A DNA stretch of 64,000 nucleotides, taken from positions 108,252,001 through 108,316,000 of the forward strand of contig OX597817.1 in assembly GCA_951406725.2 (NCBI GenBank), given 5' to 3'. This stretch comes from Octopus vulgaris (lineage: Eukaryota). This document shows, one piece after another, positions 1 through 13,420 of the stretch. The translations under genes and the position numbers were made by a program. Position 1 is the first letter of the stretch, and every line of letters begins with the position of its first letter. The notes beneath the pieces are model-generated. The model had not been told where the DNA came from. It was given only the letters and a program-made list of their open reading frames with translations, and did not search any database.

Positions 1-140
1 GTCGCAGAGTTGGATCGAACTGGGTACCAAGAACTTGCGATGCGAAATCCTTAACAGCAATGCCTTGTCTGTGCCCAAAGATTTAAGTTTATAAGTTTTT
101 TCATAAGAACAATAAGTCTGCTACATGAACTACTGATATA

Positions 141-187
141 CGATGTATTGTCCCCTCTGAGTTGGTCCTTGTGAGCAATAAAGAAAT
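141..187 (+). mobile_element. 5'-truncated SINE tail with 15-bp target-site duplication
   Basis: TGAACTACTGATATA flanks both sides (126-140, 188-202); the insert resembles the SINE 3' end at ~43175-43229 (tgtcccctc...gcaataaagaaat). Confidence 0.65.
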
Positions 188-1023
188 TGAACTACTGATA
201 TATATTTCTAAGACGAAGCAAAAATTACGCTTTTTCTTCTAGCTTTAGATGGTGCGCTTCGAATATGGACACTGCTCAAGGGCTTATAAGAGGCTAGTAG
301 TTTGCCTGGTTTTTAATTAGAGAAAGGCAAAGTTGACCCGAGTGTCGAAGGACCTAACTGCGGCGGAGCACAATTCAAGGTACAGCACACCGATCTGTCC
401 ATGTCACACTGACACAAACATACTTGTGTATGTTGTCTCGTCATTGGTTACTCATAATCCAGCACAACTATGCTCAAAGATATTCCATCTGTGGCCATCT
501 AGTCTTTTTTTGACAATGAATAACACTTTTCAGTGTGTAATTTATTTTTCAACAACAGTAGAGTTTATTTTGAGAGGGATTTAATTGCTAACTTCTAGCC
601 TGTCGAGCGACTGCATAGAAGATCAATCGTTGATATACCATCGTACATGTAATCTATATACATGCTTTCAGTATTTGACAAGTGCTTTATTTGTTTCCAC
701 TCTGGATAAACCCCAAATAGAGCTTAACTGAATTTAGGTCAGGCTTTGGCAATTTTTCCGAGAAGTGGGTCGTATGAGATATGGTCAGCATCACGCAGGT
801 CGCACTATTAAAGTCAGAACTTTTCGTATGACGTCCCACAAGCTGCATGCGGCCAGCGGTTTGTCCAATATTGAACAAAGAGATATTATAAAATGCTACC
901 AGAGAAAAAAGTTGTTAAAAGAAGTATAAGAGGACTTTAACGGCGGAAATTCAAAAGATGCCCCCCTCCCAATAAAAATACTTCCGCTTACATGAATAAA
1001 AATTTTAAACTTGGCTAAAATTT

Positions 1024-1438
1024 GGATCTTTTCGGTTTGAACGGCAGTTTTTAACATATTTTTCTAGGTAACTAAAAAATTTTAAACTTCGTATACTGGT
1101 AGAATGTGTTTATAAAACATCTTTTTCTCTTGGCTTTATTGAGAAAATTCTATAGTTTGTAAGATATTTGTTGTTTCTTTTCTTCAATTTCTGCAATTTC
1201 AACCAATGAAATACGTCTATTGAGGTAAAAAAACATTCTGTGCCGTATGAATATGTCCCTCGTTTAAGAAACAGATTGGGTTTATTTACATTTGTGAAGA
1301 AAAAAAAAGATACCCTTCCCCCCACCCCTAACCGTAAAAAATATTGAAATGCAATAGATCGATACTAGGGTCATAATTATGGGTGACAATTTCATATGAC
1401 ACCGCTAGAAAAAACTGCCGTTCAAACCGAAAAGATCC
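1024..1438. mobile_element. MITE with GG...CC TIRs (Merlin-like)
   Basis: TIR GGATCTTTTCGGTTTGAACGGCAGTTTTT / AAAAACTGCCGTTCAAACCGAAAAGATCC; 8-bp flanks TAAAATTT/CAAAATTT; 5' region homologous to the element at 55709. Confidence 0.8.
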
Positions 1439-2339
1439 CAAAATTTTACCGGTAATAGGAAACTTTTGCTGTGATCAGTTCATGATCCTCTTCAAGATAA
1501 ACATTGCAAATCTCTTATATATGTGGGATGGCGCTACAAGCATACATCCCAATGCCCATCGCATCTAAAAGGTCATTAATCTAACTGTAAAGACACGTTT
1601 ACGAATTGACAGCAGATGTTATTTCTCTTCCTAGTCGCTTCAACCGTTACTATAAGAGGTTCTGCTCCTAATCTAATGGTATGCAAGCTGTGTATCGTCT
1701 CTCACCTGGTGAATCTAACTGTCTATCATCTTTTGCCATTTCTTCAAGATTCTCCACCACAGATCCTGCTCTAAACACTTACTTCCCCCAAATCCTCAGT
1801 GCTACAACTCAATGAAAATCTCTTCCAGCCCCGTTTTTAAAATTTTTATTTTACTCAAAATGAACTTCAAACGCATCAGTTTGACATGTGAACGTTGCTC
1901 TTTCTCATTCAACAAATAATAAAAAAAGGTAAAAAGAGTAACGAAAAAGCCAGAGACACTAAAGCTTTGAAATTCATTAACTTAGAATAATTTACTAGTT
2001 CTAATTAATAAACTGTAGTTTACTTGTCCATTCATGTGTGCATATTCATTAAACGATTTAGTTTTATTCATTTATTTAATTTCCACAGCTAAAATACGGG
2101 GTAACCCGCCTAAAGCCATGTTGCTTTTAGCTGTCTGACCTTGTACGAAGAATTCTTCGAGACGAAGTTATATTTCTAGCAAAGAGCAACAACAAGTGTA
2201 AGCAATAAACATTTTCCTATGTAGTTACAGCTACTAGCTGCTGCATCACAACCACTATTACTAGATTCAAACAAACGTCAGTAGCCCAGATTCTCTGTTC
2301 GTGACAAGTTCGTGGTAATCCGACGTAAGCTTTTCACAC

Positions 2340-2717
2340 ATGCCTGCCAAAACGATTCCACCTAACCCTAAACTAGATGGGGTACCTATAGTGGACATCG
2401 GAGAACAAGGATTCAGCAGGTATGTCCTATGCAAAGTATACGATGGAAATAATCCTAAAGACTTCCAGTACATCGTTCGCGGTTCTACAATCGCTAGATT
2501 CCATGCAGACATTTTCGACTTGGTGGATGCTGAACTTGAAATCCATGGACTAAACTGTATATGTGTGGGTGGTGGCAAGATGGAGCACTTACCCGAGGCT
2601 GGAACGATTCATGTGTACGGTCGATCTCAAGGATATGGCCGAGCTGACCACTCAATCACGACAGAGCTTGTGCGAGAATCATATCCTCATTACAACAGTA
2701 TCACTTGGGATGACTGA
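2340..2717 (+). CDS. PHPT1: 14 kDa phosphohistidine phosphatase-like protein (Janus/ocnus family), intronless CDS
   Basis: 125-aa ORF with family motifs PIVDI..G..RYVL, IVRG...FHADIF (catalytic His), C.GGG, IHVYG.S.GYG.ADH, YP.Y..ITW; candidate splice acceptor ttccacAG at 2087-2088; A22 at 3005-3026. Confidence 0.95.
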   Translation: MPAKTIPPNPKLDGVPIVDIGEQGFSRYVLCKVYDGNNPKDFQYIVRGSTIARFHADIFDLVDAELEIHGLNCICVGGGKMEHLPEAGTIHVYGRSQGYGRADHSITTELVRESYPHYNSITWDD

Positions 2718-5012
2718 CTGATATTTCAGATATTTTTATCTTCGTTTTTGGAAGATACAAGAATCTCTATGATTTCCGAACTAAGTACAGTAAGTAAATT
2801 AAAAAAAAAAAGTAAAACAATTTTAAAATGGAATAAAAAAAAAGGAAAATGTTTAAATTGTTGAAGATAAAACAACTCGGTGTTGGAAAAATATTTTCGA
2901 GAAATATACACATCTATTTTGAGAAATTTACTAAACGAACAACGACAATAAGTGATTAATACGTTGTATCCAAAAGCAAACAAAATTTTATTCTAAAACT
3001 GCTGAAAAAAAAAAAAAAAAAAAAAAGTAATGTTGAACAAAGTAAAGAAAAAAAGTAAACAAAACAAATCAAAAAGAAACAAAACTGAAAAGTGAAAAGT
3101 TGTCGCTAATTATCTTATGACGTTAAATTGGATAAAACCATACTTTAGGCAATTAACAAAATTATGAGGTAAGTTCTTTAACTTGCAATTTCAAAAACTT
3201 ATAAAACTTTTTCGATTAGCAATGGAAATTAAGAAGAACTAAAGATGTTTTTAAAACAACAATGTAAGGTAAGAATAATGTGAACTTTGAGGAAGACATT
3301 TTAGCTTTGCATTTATTTGTTACATTTTTTTATTTAAAAAAAAATATTCTGAATTAATAACTGATTTGAAATTTACAGAGATTATCATTGCATTTATTGC
3401 AAGTCTTTGTTTCAAGATTTTCAATAACGTAGTTCACACATGCATGAACAACAAACATTCGCATGCATATACCACACGCACTGACAGTACAAAGTATCCC
3501 CAAAACATACTATTTTGTTTTCACATTTACTTATCGTCTATTTTACTGGATACACCTGAAATTTGAACCACATCCAGTGTAGAATGCAACAGTTCTTTTT
3601 TCTTGTTTACATTTCAAAAACCTGTGTGCAAACGCGTGTGTAATTGAGAGCATCCATGTGTATGCATTAGTTGAAGTGTGCTCGCAACCTGGCGGCAAAC
3701 TGCGTTTTATTTTTGTTTCTTCTCGGTACGGAATTATTTTCATGACGTAGTTCTTCGTTCTGCAGGAATCTTGTGTCTTAGAAAGTACTTGCTTGAGAGA
3801 TAGTACTTACGAGATTTAAGATTATTTATTGAGCTTTAAAATTTTCAGCAAAATTCATATACTTTACTAGCAGAACAGATTATGTTGTGCCTTTAGACAT
3901 AGCTTTACCATTCCTAATTAAACTGGTTGCCATAATAATTTACAATTACATTTGTTCAAATAAGGAATCTTATACCTAATTTTTCAGTCTATTCACAAGC
4001 AACGCAAATTTAAGTAAAACTTCACACATAAAAAAAAACCCCAATAATAATAATGAGCTTATAGTACGCAGCGTTCAAGTGCAGCATGTGTCTATCTTCC
4101 TTTCAATACGCATAATAGATGTTTAAAAAAGATATTACTTGCGAAGATATGACTTCAGAGTACTATAAAAATAACTGAGTTCCTGATTGACGTAGTTGCT
4201 GTCAGACACCTGATTTTAATATACAAACCATAAAGCAGAGGTAGTCTTAAATGTTTCAACGTGTTTTGGATAAAACAAGTCTAAGGGAGGCAATTACGAA
4301 ATGTTTTTCTTTTATTTACCTGATTTTTATTCATCATAAAAGTTATAAATATTTGACATTAATTAAAATTTTAAAGTAAAGTAAGAACGTTTATAATTAT
4401 ATGACTAATTAAAAATAACGACTATGGAATCATATTCCTTTAATTTGATTCGTATTGCTATAGAGAAATTAACACCTCAAGAACAGTTGCTGAATATATT
4501 CTAAGTGAACGGAAGTTTATTCATGTAAACATTATTTCTATTAACATTAGATTAGACACATGCCTATTTGTGGGCATATACGTACTAGCAGCATTACCTG
4601 GCCTTTTCGGTTTATCAATGTCTTGAAAAGATGCAGTCACTTGAATTTATAATATTTGTGATAAATTGTTGCCAAAAGAAGCAGAAATCTTCATTTTGTC
4701 CTGGGAAATTGCTTCACTCAGAATTGTTGCATCCAGACTATCCAAGGGGAATATTTACAAGAAGGCGCCATCAATGAATAAACAATATACAACCTAAATT
4801 ATATTTTTTACTCTACTTTAATTTGTGGTATAGCATGTTGTATTTAAAATACTACATAAATTTGCATACTTAGTTTCAATTATGTTTTGTAAACTTAATT
4901 TTCCCTATGTCTTTTGTAGCAGTGAGGGAAGATACCATTTTCTTAGTTTATATATATATATATATATACATATATATAAAGAAGAAAGTATCAGAAAATG
5001 TCACATAGCCTA

Positions 5013-5362
5013 TTGTTTCAGTCAGTAGACCTGGACCATGCTGGAGCACTGCCTTGAAGGTTTTTTTTTTATATAAAAAAATTGACCCCCAGGAATTATT
5101 ATCTTTTTCTTAAAGTTTGGTTTTTATTCTATCACTCCCTTTTGCTGAACCACCAAATTAGCACCATTTGTCAAGCTGTTGTGGTTTACCCCCCCCCCCC
5201 ACACACACACACGACAGGCTTCTTTCAGTTTCTGCCAAGCAAATCCACTCATAAGGCTTTGGTTGACCTGAGGCTATCATAGAAGACATTTGCCCAAGGT
5301 ACCACTCAATGGGACTGAACTTGAAACTACGACATCAGAAAGCAAAATTCTTACCATACAGC
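5013..5362 (-). mobile_element. Degraded tRNA-derived SINE
   Basis: Similar to 25610-26008 (ccatgctggagcac, caaatccactc, tgcccaagg). Confidence 0.65.
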
Positions 5363-6177
5363 TGTGATGCTAACAGCAAATAACTTTACTAATCTTTCAA
5401 ACTTTTGCTGATTCAGACCACCAGCATTTTTTTAGATTTCAGATTTCTTTACTATTTAAATATGGTAATGACTAGGTTATCTATTGCTGAATATAGAATA
5501 TTTTATACAGAACCTGAGGATAATGGTTTTGTAGCTTAGCAAACTTATTGTTAAAATGTTAATAGCTAAGGAAAACAGTTGTTAAAATTCACCACAGGGT
5601 ACTCATGGTTGTGATTTATACATATATATACTTTAAGATGTTTGTCATCAGATTGACATTCTTAATTACATACTTGCCAACACACACATATCACTCGCAA
5701 AGGAAATAAATGATATGATAGGTCTTGATTATTGGGATCAACTTGAGAAGCTCAGAGTTTTATTCCCTCTAATGTCACTTAGTACTTTATCATTTATATG
5801 ATATGGAAAATATTCTAACAGCTGCCCAAATGATGCTGGCATCAAATTTAAAATTCACCCAAGGTTATGTCCCTGTGTCCATCACATCACAACACTAAGA
5901 CAACTAATTCACCTCATTTGGCCCTGTTGTCTTTAACATCATATCAAGACACAAGGGAAGAAACAGATCTCATGACATTCAAATGATTTCTGGATGAATA
6001 TCTCCAACAAATTCCAGATAAACAAACTACAGCTGGATATATCTCTGCAAACAATTACTCTTTACTTGAATAGGCTTTGGTGGCCAAAGAATGACTGTAA
6101 TATGAAACCTCATTAAATGTCTTTTCCATGTGGTGCTATTAAGTTAGTCATGGCCTGGGCCAATTCTAGCCAAAACT

Positions 6178-6212
<35 letters not shown>

Positions 6213-7325
6213 ATGCATGCATGCACTAAGACTCATTTATTTAGTGAACAAGAATGTAAATAGAATATTTCTTTCTTAATCTTGTTTTTTTATGCCAAAT
6301 TTTATATTGTTCAGTATAATATTGGACTATACACCAAGCTCTACCATCTATTATGCAAAATTTAGTTGACATTCTTTGTGCCTGAATTACTTAGAATCTC
6401 TCTTATGCAAATGTGTGCACACTTTCACAAAGTCCTGATTTCTTTCTAATTGAACAGCACTTGTGAGAAAACTCAGATGGCTGTAGCTGAGGAGAAAACT
6501 AGGTCACATAATTCAACCATTCAAATCGCTTGTTACCATTCACTGCATAGGCCCAGTCTGTAACAGTTTCTAGCAGAGACCATCTTTGAGTGTAAACATG
6601 CAGTTTCCCATCTGACAGGAATCTTGTTAAAATTGGGTGCATGGACTTCCTTCACATTTCATTACAATGAATGGTAACAAAAGAATCAACAAACCAACTG
6701 ATGGTTGATCAAGTGATTACTTCAGCAATCAATTAATTAATTGGTTAGTTAGGTTATTAATTGGCTAATAATAATGAAAAGAAGTGAAATAGAACCAGTA
6801 TGAGTGTTCATATTGGCAAATTGACCCACATGAGATACAACAGAATTAAACACTATTGCTAAGTAAGGCAGATAATGGGACAAGATAATATGGTTTACAG
6901 TGATTAGTATTGGTTCACTACATTCTGAGTTCAAATATCACAGTTGTTACATTTATATAAATATTACTTCTACCTGTTAAAATCCCACCAATGCCAACTT
7001 CTGAGGTTGATTAAATAATGTACCAATGAAATACTGGATCCATTTATATTTCTCTACTGCATTCTGAATGGAATAAAACATAGGGATTCACTCCATGAAA
7101 TACACCTCTTGCTTTCATCAAAAGACATTATATTAGAGTTGTTCGTAAGATATAAGTTTCTGGCCAACTTTTTAAAAGAGATTTTATACATTATACCATG
7201 TGTCCTTCACCTTTCAAGGCTGTAGATTATGATTTGTGGGAGATTTCACTACTATTTCTAGCAGATAAAGCGACACATTAGGGCTAGGATATATAAATAT
7301 ATCTATATATAAATGTGTATTTATC

Positions 7326-7355
7326 TTGATATTATTTAAATTATGCGTGTGTGTC

Positions 7356-7396
<41 letters not shown>

Positions 7397-7539
7397 TGTA
7401 TATATATGTATCTATGTGTATGTCTGTCTGTCTGTATGTATCTATGTATATGTATGTGTGCATATATATATATCTATGATTATGTATGTATATGTGTCTA
7501 TATATATGTATGTATATATGTCTATATATATGGATGTGT

Positions 7540-7585
<46 letters not shown>

Positions 7586-7590
7586 ACACA
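7326..7590. repeat. Compound (TA)n/(TG)n microsatellite
   Basis: Low-complexity dinucleotide tract. Confidence 0.9.
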
Positions 7591-7814
7591 TGTACAGATA
7601 CTTGTGTTATATATAAGAGGGTGCCTCTGCGCAGCCCCTTGAATTGCTACAAGTAGCATCGAAATCTCCATTAAGTCACACATCATAGTGCTTTTAAAAG
7701 TGAAGGATGCGTTAGATAAGATGATCAGTGTTACTGCCAAGTAACACTGTCTTTATGATACAGGATGTGTGTGTGTGTGTGTGTTTATATATATATATAT
7801 AGATATATATATAT

Positions 7815-8048
7815 ACCGGAGTAAACACATAAATGTGAAACAAGGTGGAAAAACGAGTACTCAAATACCAGTGGTAGAGTAATATGCTTTATTTAAAGCA
7901 GCAGAAAATTCAACAAAACCTGTTACTCTGAGTTTCACGTTTACGTTTGTCGGACAGTTTTTTCTAGCAAAAACTGTCCGACGAACGGGAATGTGAAACT
8001 CAGAGTAACAGGTTTTATTGAATTTTCTGCTGCTTTAAATAAAGTATA
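7815..8048. mobile_element. Non-autonomous Penelope-type inverted element with two hammerhead arms
   Basis: ~80-bp inverted arms (7883-7962 / 7969-8048) plus a ~70-nt one-sided extension, flanked by (TA)n. Confidence 0.7.
7974..8011 (+). ncRNA. Minimal type I hammerhead ribozyme motif (C4 core variant)
   Basis: CTGT-CCGACGA-AC(GGGAAT)GT-GAAA-CTCAGAGT-A-ACAG: stem I CTGT/ACAG, stem III ACTC/GAGT, GUA site. Confidence 0.65.
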
Positions 8049-8175
8049 TATATATATATATATATGTGTGTGTTGTTACAGAGAAAGGGAGAATGCCACT
8101 TATATTTGAACACTATACAAATATTCCTTTAAAAAAACTTTTCTTCTAATTTTTCTAAATTTAATTATTTAATCG

Positions 8176-8218
8176 TTACAGTTGAAAAGGTCTCAAAATG
8201 ACCGAAACCGGTACTGAA
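8176..8218 (+). ncRNA. Minimal type I hammerhead ribozyme motif (U3:A8 variant)
   Basis: TTACAG-TTGAAAA-GGTC(TCAAAAT)GACC-GAAA-CCGGT-A-CTGAA; palindromic stem III ACCGGT. Confidence 0.7.
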
Positions 8219-8435
8219 ATGTTCTTTATAAACACTAAGCTGTTGAACTATATATTCTTTTTGCAGGATATAAACAAATATTGATACTACCCAAGCAGTA
8301 GCAATATGAAGACAATTTAAGATTCAAATTAATGAAGTGCAATAATAATGTTTAGCTCTTCAAAGCTGTGAGTAGTGAAATGCAGAATTAGGTCAGCTGA
8401 TCATGAGAATCAAATATTGATTGCTAAAAACTGCT

Positions 8436-8873
8436 GGTGGTATGGTTTATTTCCCTTGGGTTGTTTAAATAATATATTTGTAATATGTAGTAGATAAGAG
8501 AATCCATTAGATGGGCACTATTATCGATTTTTTTCAACAATCTAAGTATGTCACAAGGTTTTCCAGACATGAGTTCTACTCACGTGTCAAATAAGGTAAA
8601 AAAAAAAGAGATATTGTCTGCAAAAATTAGAAATAGAACACACAAAAAATCAATATCCAAAGTAACTGAACATAAACAATGAAATGGGCTGTTTCCCATG
8701 AGTGTTTAAAAAAAATATTATGCAGGTGGTATGGGTTATTTCCCTTGGGTGTTTAAAAAATTGGTTATATGAGGTAGATACAAAGGTCCCTTCTAGGGGC
8801 TGTATTATTGATATTCTTCAACAATCTAAGTATGTCATGAGGTTTCCAGACATGAGTTCTATTCACATGTCAA
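8436..8873. repeat. Diverged local direct duplication (~150 bp, ~290 bp apart)
   Basis: ggtggtatgg.ttatttcccttggg ... caacaatctaagtatgtca...tccagacatgagttcta occurs twice. Confidence 0.8.
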
Positions 8874-9376
8874 GTTTCATCAAAATCAATAAAACCATGT
8901 AGGAGGAGTTAGATAACAATGTCACAAACAAACACACACCGATTTTCCACATATGTAGTAGATAGATGCAGGCATGGGTAAGTGATTTTAGAAGTTTGTC
9001 TCACACCACTTGGATTCAAGTTCAATTCCATTGAATGGGACTTTGGATAAAAGTCTTTTGTTACATGCTTGAGTTGACTAGTGCCCCGTGAGTGATATTT
9101 GGCAGCTAGAAACTGTATGGAAGCCTGGTATGTGTGTATATGTGTCTTTGTCTTCATATTGCTACTGCTTGGGCAGTATCAATATTTGTTTATGTCCTGC
9201 AAAGAGAATATGTAGTTCAACAGCTCAGTGTGTGAAGACAAGTAACGTGAAGTGCTCAACCTGAAAACAACTAAGTTGGTATCAAGCAGAGCATCTGGCC
9301 ACATGCTACAGTCCCAAGAGATCTTGTCTAACCAATGTCAGCATGAATTGGACAAGTCTTGATGATGATGATGATA

Positions 9377-9410
<34 letters not shown>

Positions 9411-9459
9411 CATACATGTATATATCTATATATAAATGCACACACAAACATGCACACAC

Positions 9460-10800
9460 TTCATCTTGTGGTGCACCTGGACACTTCATCATCATGTGAT
9501 CTAGAGTCTTTGATTTTGTAGATCCTTGATGATTGGACAATGTCTTGTATCCAGGTAGCTCTTTCCCAAATAGTACTACCCTGGTAGCACTATACCAGGA
9601 AGCATAACCAGCTCTATGGTTCTCTCCAGATTCCCAGCAATCTTGAAGCAACTTTTGTTGCATCAGTGGCTAACTTGATGGCTATTTGCCCTGTGGCACC
9701 TGTAATACTCAGCATGTATGTCCTGCTGAAGGACTGACCTGCACTCCATGTCAATGGGCTCATACCTCACTTGTACCACCTATTCCTTCAGCATACGTCC
9801 ACTGTCAAAATTTACTTTTTTTTTCTTTTATGAATCTCCTTAGTGCAGTTTTACAGGGAATGGGGGGGGGGGTTCTAACTAGATAATTTGCTTGGAAGCT
9901 GCTGAGATTAGCACCATGTTTGACTGTGATGATAGATTCTGGGAATTACAATTGCCTCTCTCTGTCTTGTAACATTGCTAGTGGGTTAGAAAAGGTGTCT
10001 TGGTAGCTTATGTTTACTTCTCCCAGCCTTGATGAAAGTGATCATTTTTGTTGATTAGAGAAACCTATAATGACCTATTGCACCTCATATAATGTCTGCT
10101 ATATCAGTGAGGACATAGTCATGGCACTAGTAGTAGAAGTATCCCTAACTCAGGTCTGATGGACAGCTGCAGACAATATGTTCCTGAGTCATCCTCCCCA
10201 GCCACAAAACGTAAGTTGGTAACTCCAATTCCCTCCAACAAAACAATTTGGATGGCTTTAGTAGGATGGCCATAGACAGGATTAAGAATCTTATTTGATT
10301 GTACTTATCTTTTCAAAGCTCAAACTATTAGACTTCGCACTCCACTGTTTACTCCCATCTTGCTCAGGCTCCTTTCTGTCACATTCCAACCATTCTGCAA
10401 GGTTATGCCTCCTCAACTGGCATTTGCATCTCATTGTAGATCAGTAACCTCCAGACATATTGAGGAGTTGCACTGCTACCTTGGTCAATCCTTTCCTGAA
10501 TAAATGCAGTTACCTACACTCTGTCTTAGCCACAACTTGTGCAATACCTCCATAACTTCTGCTGTCTTTCATTCTATCCTGTTCTGATCACAATACTGAC
10601 TTGAGAAAGTTTTGGGTTGTAAATCTTTTGGTATTGTTGCACCCCACTACAATGAGTCATCATGAATTTTCCTGTCAGGCTGCTGCTGGGGAACTTCTTG
10701 TTTTACCTATAAGGGGTGATGTTGATCAAGCTTTGTAGTTGTTCCAGTCACTTTCATAGAAACATGCTGATCTTCAATTCAAAGCTCTTCATTATGGCTA
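9460..10800 (+). mobile_element. Possible highly decayed LTR retrotransposon (BEL/Pao-like) remnant
   Basis: Cys/His patch PCGTCNTQH and a DLRKFW..ESFGI-like stretch near 10598-10640; many stops. Confidence 0.25.
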
Positions 10801-13338
10801 TCAGGATTCCATAGATCAATAGGAGTCAAAGAATATGTGGCATAATAGCAATGATAGCATACAAGCCTTGAACTTTCCAGATAGGCTTGTCTTGTCCACT
10901 GTAGATAGCAACAACTTTCACCTCTTGGTTTGTTGTATCTGCAGTCAAACACCTATATATACTTATACATACAAGCATACATACATGCCTACATACATGT
11001 GTGCATGTATGTGTGAGAGAGACGGAGGGAAGAAGGAGGGGTTCAAGACTGAGGCATTAAAATAGATAAATAGCAACTTTGAGTTAATTCAACCAATTGT
11101 AAAATCCTGCTTAAACACTAATTCATTTGTAACCTAATCAAAAGAAAACACATTCACGTATTTTTTTGTATCTATACAAGATACTCATATGAAAGGGCGT
11201 AGGAACTATGACTTCTAGAGTCTCTCCCAGAGACAAACAACACTTTGATGATGGTGTCACCAATGCATTTGGTGTTTAATCTCAACATTTCTGCATTGAT
11301 GTCTAATGTAAAAATGTGGTCCAGGAATGAATCATTGAAGATTATAGTTCTGACTGCTGTCATATTTACTGAAAAGTCTTGGAGGTGAAGGTGCTGGGAG
11401 GAGAGATGGAGTGGAACAATAGGTGCAGGTGGAAGAGTTACACAGCTACCACCTAGTTCAGATTAGCCATTGTTGCAGCCATGAGGGAAGACGCTTACAT
11501 CATGGTTATCACAGATGATCATGTTTTTGGGAAAACCTATTCCTGCTGATCTAGCAACTGTTTTGTTTTGTGTTAAGATCAGAAATATTAGCTGTTATTT
11601 TAGATTTATTATTCATATAAAAAAAAACTGAGTTTCTTCTCTTAATGGTAACATTTCATGTGTTACTCTAATATTAGTAGGAATGCTTTTTATGTGGTGG
11701 TATGTGGATCTACAATGTGTGTGTGTTTCAGTTTACATAAATACACTCTTCTGTGCACTTGTGATATAAAAATATGCGTGCACACACACACACACGTGTA
11801 CATACTTAAATCAGTTATTTGGCATTGTTGATCAGTTTATACAGAAAAGAATGAAACATTTACTGACAGAGGGGACATGGTACACTTTGTAGTGTCAGAA
11901 TTTTCACTGAGGCATGGTTTCAAGTTTCACTTTGAAAAAGCTGATAATACAAAACTTCTAGTCAACTTGAAATTATATATATATATATATATATATTCAT
12001 ATGTGTGTATATATGTATATATATCATCATAATCATCGTTTAACATCTGTTTTCTGTGCTAGCATGGGTTGGACGATTCGACTGGGGTATGGGAAGCCAG
12101 GAGGCTGCACCAGGCTCCAGTCTCATCTGGCAGTGTTTCTACAGCTGGATGCCCTGACAAAATGGGACAAGAGCGCAAAACATCTGGACAGTTAAGTGAT
12201 ACAAAAATGGAATAACAAAACATCCAGATAGACGATACAAAGAAAACAAGGATGAGTCTTTCGAAGCTTTCTTTCCTCAGTCAAGTACCAGATTATCTTC
12301 GCAATTTCGACACACATACACACTCACATGGTGTATAAAAAAACCTAATGTAATCTAGACATAAACTATAGTTTTGTTTAGCCGTTATCTGTGTAACTTT
12401 AAATACATGTGAATGCATCGTGTTATTCTCTTTGTACACAGAAAAATAAAGGAAGACACTGTCCTGATATGTTCCATGGTTCATTGACCAGACATTATAA
12501 GTCAAGTATCACTTCTTTCCTCTGTCCTTGAGGAACTTTTATTGTAGTAAATAACTATTTAAATTAAATATAAGCTGGGTATTAGGTGTAGTGGGTTAGG
12601 CTAATTTGCATACTGTGTGTGTTTCTTGGTGGTGGGATTAAATAATTAATAAATATTTATGTACAATACTGTATGCACAAATCAGTGCTGAGAAATATAA
12701 CATTATTGATATAATTTGTCGTTGCTTATGATTAGAATTGACCAGTTTATTTAAAAATTCCAGTGTTTATGAAACAATTACAAAATTTATTTTTTCACCC
12801 ATCTTTAAATTATGGAGAAATTCTTAATTGATATAATATAAATTTTAGTTTTTTCCTATATTTGAAAGTTTTCTATTATCATCTCTCAAGCATTTTCAAT
12901 TCTAAGTTATTCTTTAAGCTCTTATAGACAAATACAGAAGTAGTTTATGGACTAAATATATCTCTTTTCATAAAACAATAAGTCAATATATACTTTACTT
13001 TTACTTTCTCTTTTTTAACATTAAATGCTTGTAAAAAATTACTATGTAACACCAAATGTTTTTAACACTTCTTTGCCTCCCCTTATTTGTCTATCCATCC
13101 GTTTCTAATGCTCTCACTCACACTCTATCTCTCTATATAGATATGTGTACACACACACACACACACACCCACCACCACCAACAATAACAACAACAACCTT
13201 CCTTTCTTAATATCAGATATTTACTTCTGATAAGTAAATTGTTTATTCAATTTTCTGAATAATGTTAGATTTTTGTATTTTCAGATTTATACTGGCATGA
13301 AAGCAGCCAGATAAACATCTGGCACATTTATATGAATC

Positions 13339-13420
<82 letters not shown>

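Noticed and set aside
2118-2339. In-frame upstream ATG as an N-terminal extension of PHPT1
   Set aside because: Stops after MLLLAV and several more follow; at most a uORF.
2267-2578. 103-aa antisense ORF over PHPT1
   Set aside because: Shadow of the real CDS with no recognisable motif.
7326-7740. ORFs rich in YI/CV/HT
   Set aside because: Translations of dinucleotide microsatellites; the same applies at 13243-13520, 15285-15894, 38513-38912 and 62418-62714.
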